Positions 1 to 64,000 of a stretch of 64,000 nucleotides of DNA are shown piece after piece. Numbering within the stretch: position 1 is the first letter of the stretch; each line of letters opens with the position of its first letter. A program made the position numbers and the translations under genes. Location of the stretch: NCBI GenBank assembly GCA_964252035.1, contig OZ176206.1. The stretch is one strand, 5' to 3'. The stretch is from Podarcis erhardii. Taxonomy: Eukaryota. The notes beneath the pieces were generated by a model. That model was not told the origin of the DNA, did no database searches, and was given only the letters and a program-made list of their open reading frames with translations.

Positions 1-311
1 CCATGCAGAGGCATACTACCTCTTGACTGTGGAAGGGGAACATAATCATTGTGGCTAGTAGCTCTTGGTACCCTTATCCTACATCAATAGGTTGACTCTT
101 CTAAAGCCATCCATGTTAGTGGCCATCACTACATCTTGTGGGCTGTGCATCATTGGAGGCTGTCTGCTGGACTCATGAACTGCAGGTGCATCTCCTCTGT
201 TGGTGGGCAGCAATATGACATGCGCCAGGGAAAGGGATATGGCATGTTTCAACCAGCATTGACCACCTAATGCTCAATACCTGTCATCGTCTTGATTATT
301 TTCTCCACCAG

Positions 312-10922
<10,611 letters not shown>

Positions 10923-11702
10923 ATGTCACTGGGATTAAGTAGGGTTTAGCTCTGTGTGGAAAGACAGAAATGAAATCGACTTATCGTCAACTTTTCCCAG
11001 CAGCTGACCATTGGTCCAATTTGCTGCTCTTTCTTGCAAGTTGCCAAAATGCTGCATAAAACTTGCCTTACTCCCAATATTAGCCCCTCTTGGGGTGCAT
11101 TCAGATGACCACATTTTCTTCATGATTCCACCCTTGTTCACCAAAGATTATGATTTCCATATAGGCAAGAGCATACATTATATGGAAACTTCAAGGATGT
11201 TTTTTTATCACTATCAGAGCCTCTGAGGCAATTTGCAAAACATACTTGATTTATTAATACAGTAATAATAGAATACTGTTTTCTAATGCATAGGCTAAGG
11301 TTTAAGGAATATTTTAGGGATGACTTAGCAGTTTTGTGAAATGCAGCTCAAGTTATGTGGTCTGAAATTGTTAACTCTTTGGGAACCCTTAGTACTAATG
11401 CACTTTAGGTGTTTCTAGCACTGTCATTCCAAAGCACTAACCAAAGATTTATTCCCAGGGCTGCTGAGTGTATCCAGCAGTTCTGTACAAGTGTAACACA
11501 AATGTGAAATTTGGAACTCGGGGAAGAACCTTCAGTCTTGGCTTTTTTTCAGAGGGCATTTGGCTGCAAAGATGGATGGTGTCTGATTAACATAGTGGAA
11601 GCTGAGGCAGGTTTTCTAGCATATGGAGAATGAAGCAGGCTTTTGGTGCAAATCTTTTTGCCCTTTCCTAAAAAAAGCAGGAACAGAATATGCTGTAGAG
11701 CA

Positions 11703-11810
11703 GAGGGGTGGGGGATCTCTGGTCTGTGGGCCAAACTTGGCCTGCCAGGGATTTGAATTTTTCCTGCAAGGTTAGAATCTGACCCATGGATCAGAAAGTT
11801 TCCCTACCCC
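11703..11810. mobile_element. Degenerate hAT-type MITE inside the CDH1 3' UTR
   Basis: Ends gaggggtggggggatct / aagtttccctaccccc resemble the TIRs of other hAT MITEs in this window; TSD not clear. Confidence 0.4.
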
Positions 11811-12644
11811 CAATATACAGGGTTTATCTGTAGATATGTGTGGCACACACTGCATAATTCATTTTTCCTTGGCGCAGGATTTTTGTAGTTTATATGAGTG
11901 CTGCTTTTAGTGCACAGTTAAAACAGCTGTGATTATTCCAAATGCTTACAGTGTAATCCTATATGTGTCAATTCTTAGATAATCCCCTTTGAGTTCATTG
12001 ACTTACTCCCAGGCAAATGTGTGTAGGATTGCAGTCCTAGACAGTAGCAAGATTTAAGAGAGAGCAGATGACAAGAAATCCCAGAGGAGGAAGACCAATA
12101 TTTAGGGGTCCCTGATTCAGCTGATACCAAGTGCCTTTGCCCTGCAGCCTTAGCACTAACCTCCTGACCATTCTCTTGGTGACCCTTTGGACCTCTCATA
12201 ATATTGCAGACATATGCTCATGCTATCTCTAACCATGTTTAAAACCTAGTTTCAGTCCTTTATGCCATGGATTGTATCTTTTTGTGTACTGTTGTTCATA
12301 TATGTCCCTTTCTGTGTGTGTAAAATGCAGTTGAATAAGGTGCACATTTTCTTTTTATGCATTTCTCAGCCAAGAAATCCATTTTTAATTTTAGGTGGAC
12401 ATTCTGGTGAAGGTGCCAGTTTTTTTTCCTACCAAGTGTTTTTCAGAGTTAACTGCTTTATATGATTACTGTACAATTGATAGGGTGGTTGTTGTTTTTT
12501 AAAGTGGCTTACTCTGGTTTTAGGTCTGTATATTTAGCTTACCTTTTTGAATATGTAATGTGTAGAAGACAGGTGGAGGGGAACATGCCTTAAAAGCCAT
12601 TATTTATACCTTTATTTTATGTGATTCCTTTTTAATAAGATTTT

Positions 12645-12650
12645 AATAAA
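12645..12650 (+). terminator. Probable CDH1 polyadenylation signal AATAAA (a second one at 12754-12759)
   Basis: AATAAA after a long U-rich tract, followed about 20 nt later by a GU-rich element (ggtctttttgtttgttg). This implies a 3' UTR of about 1.75 kb. Confidence 0.65.
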
Positions 12651-14791
12651 AACGTATTTTTTAAAAATGGTCTTTTTGTTTGTTGCTGGATTTCTCTGCA
12701 TAATTTTCTCACATTGGTCAACCTCTTAAACTTGCAATATTTTCCTGACTCAGAATAAATGTATTAGAATGTATCAGCCATATTCCTTATTTATTTAAAG
12801 GATTTATGAGCTGCCCTTCAGTAGTTTCCAGGACTCCTTACAAAAACAAGATCAGAAAACTTTAAAATAATAATAATAACGCTGTTGGATCAGACCAGAG
12901 ACCCTCTAGTTCTGGTATTGTGGTAGGTGAACTGTGTACTGGGATTTGTAGTCAAAGGCATAACAAGGATTCCTGAGGAACATAAAAAGAGTGACGTTAG
13001 CTTTAATTTCAGTTCTGAGTGAGTTCCTGAAATAAAAAAAGCTGCAGCATTTGTCTCCAGTGTTTTGGGTCTCTTACAATATAACACTAGTCCAGCTCCT
13101 ATTCTCACATTGGATGACTAGATGCAGCAGCACTTTCCCCACTTCCTATGCCCAACAGTGGAAGAAGAACACAGCCAGTGTTGTTAGTAGACACTGAGAG
13201 CCTTAACCTTCGTGAATTTGTTTAACTCTTCTTTTAAAGCCATCCAGTTTGGTGGCCATTACTACATCTGGTAGGAACAAATCCCAGAGTTTAACTACAT
13301 GTTGTGTTCAGTACTTCTGGTCCATCCTCAATATTCCATTGTTCAGTTTCACTGGCTAGCCCCAGTGTCTAGTATTCTGACTGGGATAAAACTTTTTTTA
13401 ATCCACTTTCTCCATACCAAGCATAATTCTACACACCTTTATAATAAGAATGTGTCCTTTTCTTCTAAACTAGAAAACCCCGATATACAGTAGTATAACA
13501 ATAAGATGATTGGTGCTGAAAGGATAATAGTAGTGGCACCAGGCAAGTCTCCTTGGGAATGGAATATAACAGGTGGCCTCCCCCATGGGAGAAGGTTGCT
13601 CTGTCAGTTCCAGAAAAGTACTAAACTATAACTTATTTGAGTATCCCTTGCCCAGTCTTCCTATTGTGCCCAAAATAATAAATGCAAGAGAGGACCTACC
13701 TGTTCCAAGTCAAGGCTGAGTTTAAAGTGTGTGTAATTTGCAAGAGGCTTGTGCTGGAAACAGTCATTCCAAGCTGAGGATTGGTTTCCTAGCTAAAATA
13801 AATAAATGAACCTGTTACATGTTATATGCTGAGCCCATGCCAAGGGGATGTAGGACTATTTGTGACTTTAAAATATTGTGAAATTAAGGAGTAAAGATGC
13901 AGGAGAGCCAGAAAGTCCCTAGTTCAATTTTTTCCCCTTTGTCATGAACTCAGCAGAGGTGGAACAGCAAATGTTGCTGCTCCGGGTTAAGGTGCTTAAC
14001 ACCCAAGGTTGGCCAAGTTATTTTGGCACCTCAGAAAGAGAAGCCCTTAAATCTCTCTCTCTATATGAAATATATTAATAATCCACCTAATAAAAGTGCA
14101 AGTCCCACTCAGCCCCTGCCTTCCTGTTTGTAATAGGGTACTGGATGGGGAGAGGATAATAATACTGGCCTACCCTGAAGGGTTGGTGTAAGGGCTATAA
14201 CTCGGTAATGCACGTGAATCACTTTGAACACTTCAGAATACTATAATGTACAAAGTTTAGGTGCGTGCACGCTGAAGGCGCAGAAGAACGTGAAAGCCGC
14301 TGAACAAATACATCTATACTATACATTTAAACCACACGACGTCTTCCAAAGAATCTGGTGAACTGTAGTTCACCCCCTTACAGAGCTACAATTCACAGCA
14401 TCTTTACAACTCCCATGATTCTTTGGGGGAATCCACAATACGGTGCGGATGTTACCTGAGCCTGTTCAGCGCCTGCCAGAGATATCCGGGACTCACTTCC
14501 TTTGAAATAAAAAACGGCACTGATGCAGATCCCAAACCCAGAAGCAAGTAAGAGAGCCCTTGAAGTCCAGAGGAGACGCACCCTCATCTATCGTACCTTC
14601 CCATAATGGCAGCCTGCTTCAGGGCGAGGACCTTCCCAAGAAGGCCGCTCCTTATACTACTCGCTCGTGTACCTCCAGACCTTCCCAAGATGGCGAAATG
14701 TGGCGTCCGACCTTCCTAAGATGACAGCACTGTCTCGGCTTATCCGACCTTCCTAAGATGGCGGCCAGAAGCGCAGCGTGAAGCAGCCGCG

Positions 14792-60404
<45,613 letters not shown>

Positions 60405-60720
60405 GGAAGCACAAGTGCCAGTGGATCAGAGGACTCCTGCTACTGTGCGGCACAACCTCAGAACTGTACCAGGGTCTCTCAGGGAAGTGGGGTTTGGGAG
60501 CCGAGCAGCTGGGCTCTTGAACCCCTGTGGCCTCAGAAGTGCTAGTCTGCAATGAGGGAGTGGCTGGTCCTTGAGCTGTGGCTCCTGAGAGCAGACTGGG
60601 CCACTGCCTGCCTAGAACATTGCTCCCACGGGCAGATTTTGCAGAAATTTGACACTTATTCAAGGGTGTCCCTTAGGAGGGAAGGACTGTCTTGGGGCTG
60701 CTGCTGGGATCAGTCAATGC

Positions 60721-60726
60721 AATAAA
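60721..60726 (+). terminator. Probable TANGO6 polyadenylation signal AATAAA (alternative at 61443-61448)
   Basis: First AATAAA, about 315 nt after the stop codon, followed by U/GU-rich sequence (tttcttgtgtg). Confidence 0.55.
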
Positions 60727-62189
60727 TTTAATAGGGGAAAACTTTCTTGTGTGGAAAGTGTGCATGCCTTCATAGACCAGGGTTCACATACCCCACCTGG
60801 CTGGTAGCAGATGGTGTCCAGTGGAGAGGGAGTCAAATTTAGAGCAGGTATAAGAGGAGTGGCTATGATCATGAATTGCAGAGTCCCTGGCTGTAATCCC
60901 TGGTTGGCTGTGAAGTCACCAGCTGGCCCTACATGAACTCCTGCCTTGTATCCTCTTCCTTGCTTTTTATGGGATGTTTCTTGTTTGCATGAAATGAAGC
61001 TGAAGTGTGGTCCCATCCTTCACAGTCCCTTGACTGGGGCATTCCATTCTGCCTTTTGCTTTTTGTTTTGGACTGTAAATGCAGCAGAGGAAAATTTGTC
61101 TAGATTTCTTTTTTAAAAAATCCTGCATGGCTCAGTTATAGGAAGTCAGCTCAACGAGTTTACACCTAATTGTACTTTGGAAATTCTGTGAAAATTGTAT
61201 TTTAAAGAAATAACAGGAGGGGAACAAGTTCACACCTCAGAATGGCATGATGGAGCTTGAACAGTCCTCAGCCATCCCTTCTGTGGTGGCTAGAAAGGGA
61301 CACTCAAGGCCACTGCTACGTTAGCTGTCTGATTAGTCCTCCCCAAAATCTTCACCTAGTGCAGCCTCATAGCTTAGCTCTAACAACAACAAGAGTCAGT
61401 CAAGGCAAAATCCAATATGTCCACCTTTTCTGTACACAATACAATAAAAGGAAGGTATGGAATGGCAGCTGCTGGGCAAGGCCTTCCACCACTCCAACCC
61501 TTTTCTTGAGAACTAGAGTAAAAAAGGTGCCACAGAGCATTAAAGGGAAACACTTCTTCTAGTCATCTTATGCAACAACTTTGACTGCTGCAATTGCATT
61601 CTTGACAACCTGGAAACGCTCACACCTACTTCATACAAATTACTTTCATTGAAATACCCTGTTGTGTGTTGGAAACTTTGCTGATGCATTGAAATGCTTC
61701 TTCACTCTTGACTCATCCTAACACTCATCTGGAGTAGTAGCAGCTGCATGAATAGTGTATAATCTGTGGGCATGGAGCCTTTCACCAGGGATTGCTAACC
61801 TGTCCTGTCCCCCGTCCCCGTCCCCCCGCCCGATGTTCCTGAAGTCACATTGTCCCCAGCCAGCATGGCCAGCGATGATGGATGTTATAGTCCCAACAAC
61901 ATCTGGAATGCCAAATACTTCATATCTTCAGCTCACACAGACACATAGGCAAAAAGCTTGCAGTCTGGGGCATGCAATGGAGAAAAGAGGAAGGAATGAA
62001 ATAACACAGGCAAATAAAGTTGAATGTACTTAAGTTCCACTCTTGTTAGGTATGAGCATTAAAGGGCCAAGCTAAAGGGCATGAGGAATACCTGGCATGG
62101 GCCACTTGAAATGGAGAGAGTATGGCCTGGGAAAGAGGGATAAAATAATACTTCGAGGCCAGTATCAGGATGTTCATAATCCCCTCCCC

Positions 62190-62250
62190 CAAACTATTAT
62201 TGCATAGATGACCTTTGGGATCATTTCCAACTCTACAATTCTATGATTCT
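62190..62250 (+). mobile_element. CR1 LINE 3' terminus
   Basis: tagatgacctttgggatcatttccaactctacaattctatgattct. Confidence 0.7.
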
Positions 62251-64000
62251 GTGTTGGATTCACCGACTGAAGCTGATTCTGCAGTGGTTCTGTTGTGTTT
62301 TCCTTGGCCCTGAACAGTGTGTGAGAGTTTAGGACAGGACGGAGTGAGGAGCATCAGTCCACACTATCCCTGGCCCCACAACATTGCTTGCCATTGACCA
62401 TGCTGGCTCGGGCTGTTGGGCATTGCAGTCCAGCAATATTTGTGGCAAGGAGGTGCACAGTTTTCCTGCTCCAGGTTTATAGAGAAGGAACCAGGTGAAG
62501 GGTTGCTTCTTTGGGGCATAATGGTACCAATGCCCACTATAGTGCTACCCTGCCTTCGTCTCCCCACTCCTGGCTTCTGAAGAACCAGCATCAATTTCCC
62601 TGTAAGGAGCGGCCCAATCCCTGAGCTCCTGCTCTCAGCCCCTTCCTTTTTCTCCTCTGCAAGTCCTGCTGGAGGGTGTCTGCTTGTCCCCAGGTGACCC
62701 CTCAAGCAGTCTGTGAACGGAGTGTGTGCTAACATCCATCAGGTGTCCATCAGGAAGGAAGGGGTGTTCCAAAGACCCACGGACACCAGTGCTGGGTTGG
62801 GGGAGCAGGCGCAGAAGGGTGAAATCTGTCGGCTTTGCTGCCAAGAGCCTACCATGGCTTCAGGTAAAGAGGCTGCTTTCTATGGGGCGTCATGGATATG
62901 CTGGGAACTCAGGTTGTGCCACCAGCACTTCTGCTGGCAGTTGTTATGTGACTCTTCCGCAGCCTGCGAGGAACCAGCACACTGCAGAATAATGAGTTCC
63001 AGGGAGAAGGACCAGCAGCTGATGGCTAACAAGAGAGAGAGAGAGAGAGAGAAAGGGGGGTGGGGGAAAGCGAACTGAAGACAATTGTTCTTCCCAAGTT
63101 CCTGGATCACGCAAGGAAAGCCGTCCCTGAGAATAGCAACCCTGGTGAAGCTATTTCTGCAGCCAGGGGGTGTTTAGAGAGATGGTTTTTATAGACTCCA
63201 GGAATAGCTATACAGTCTGTGCGTTGGAGGAAAGGGGGGTTGGGGGGGGAGCAGCAGCTCAGAAACTGTCATTGTCCTTGCAGGGGGAGTGCCGGGTTGC
63301 TGCAGGTTCCACTCCCTGGGGTAGGCGGTTTCTGTGCCCTTCTCTGTCCCAGAGCAGGGGGCTGCAGTCCCCGGAGTCCCTTAAAGGGTTCAGCCTTGCC
63401 TAGGTAGAAGGTTGACTGTTTGGGTTTTTTCCCCTTTCTTGTTTGGTACCTTCCTGCCCTGGGATGATTTTGCCTGGGCTCTGGCTCCTCCGCCCCTCCA
63501 CGCTTGCTCCAGCCAAAGGTTATTGAATGAAAAGTCTCTTTTCTTCTTGGCTGCAATTCCGCCTCTGCAAACAAGGCGATTCCTGTGCAGGAGGGGGTGG
63601 GAAGCTGCTTCTCTACCTTGGAAAAGCAGGGTTTTTCCCCCCCTTCTCCCGAAGAGGCACAGAACCCTGAGTGAGAAGCCGTGCCTGGGAGCTGCCTTTG
63701 CATCGAAAGGTAAGATGTTGCAATGCTGGCGGTTCCACAATGGAGTGGGTTTGAAAGGCAGCACCTGCTGATACAGTCCTGGGCGGAGGGTATGCAGCTT
63801 GCCTGTGTTCCCCAACGGGCACTCTTGTCCCTGCTCCAGCCTCAGCCAGGCACCTGTGGTTTGCCATGGGGTAACTCCTGCTGCAGCTGGTCTAGCAAAG
63901 AGGAGAGGAAACCTTAAGCTCACAGCAGTCCTTTCTCTGCTCCCTCATTGTCCTCTAGATACTGGACCCCGGCAACTCGTGGGAGGGGGCCAAGGGGGTG

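Noticed and set aside
63269-63923. Overlapping 119-177-aa ORFs near the window end, where HAS3 might be expected by synteny
   Set aside because: No hyaluronan synthase or other recognisable sequence, and no CpG island or exon structure. The next gene probably starts beyond the window.

Overview
Squamate (lizard) genomic DNA. A lacertid is likely, inferred from the Sauria-type SINE. The window holds two intron-containing genes on the + strand, in the same order as in human. (1) The 3' part of CDH1 (E-cadherin): exons 5-16, 312..10922, 703 codons plus stop, with a 3' UTR to about 12670. (2) A complete 18-exon TANGO6 (TMCO7): CDS 14792..60404, 1101 aa. I placed all 30 exons by eye using GT-AG boundaries, and the reading phases join without a break. 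Introns are dense in tRNA-derived SINEs, CR1/L1 3' fragments and hAT/Tc1-mariner MITEs. Main observations: (a) an L1 3' fragment that inserted 5 nt inside TANGO6 exon 15; its 24-bp target-site duplication copied the splice acceptor, the upstream copy reads CG instead of AG, and L1 sequence offers a branch point; (b) a palindromic, TSD-flanked Penelope-like insertion in CDH1 intron 10 with a hammerhead-ribozyme-like core, a perfect 27-bp hairpin and a nested Sauria SINE; (c) five YY1/Kozak-like repeats at the TANGO6 promoter that form a chain of stop-G-start uORFs; (d) two miR-9 8-mer sites in the CDH1 3' UTR. Gene and repeat-family names come from recalled homology; no database search was run.
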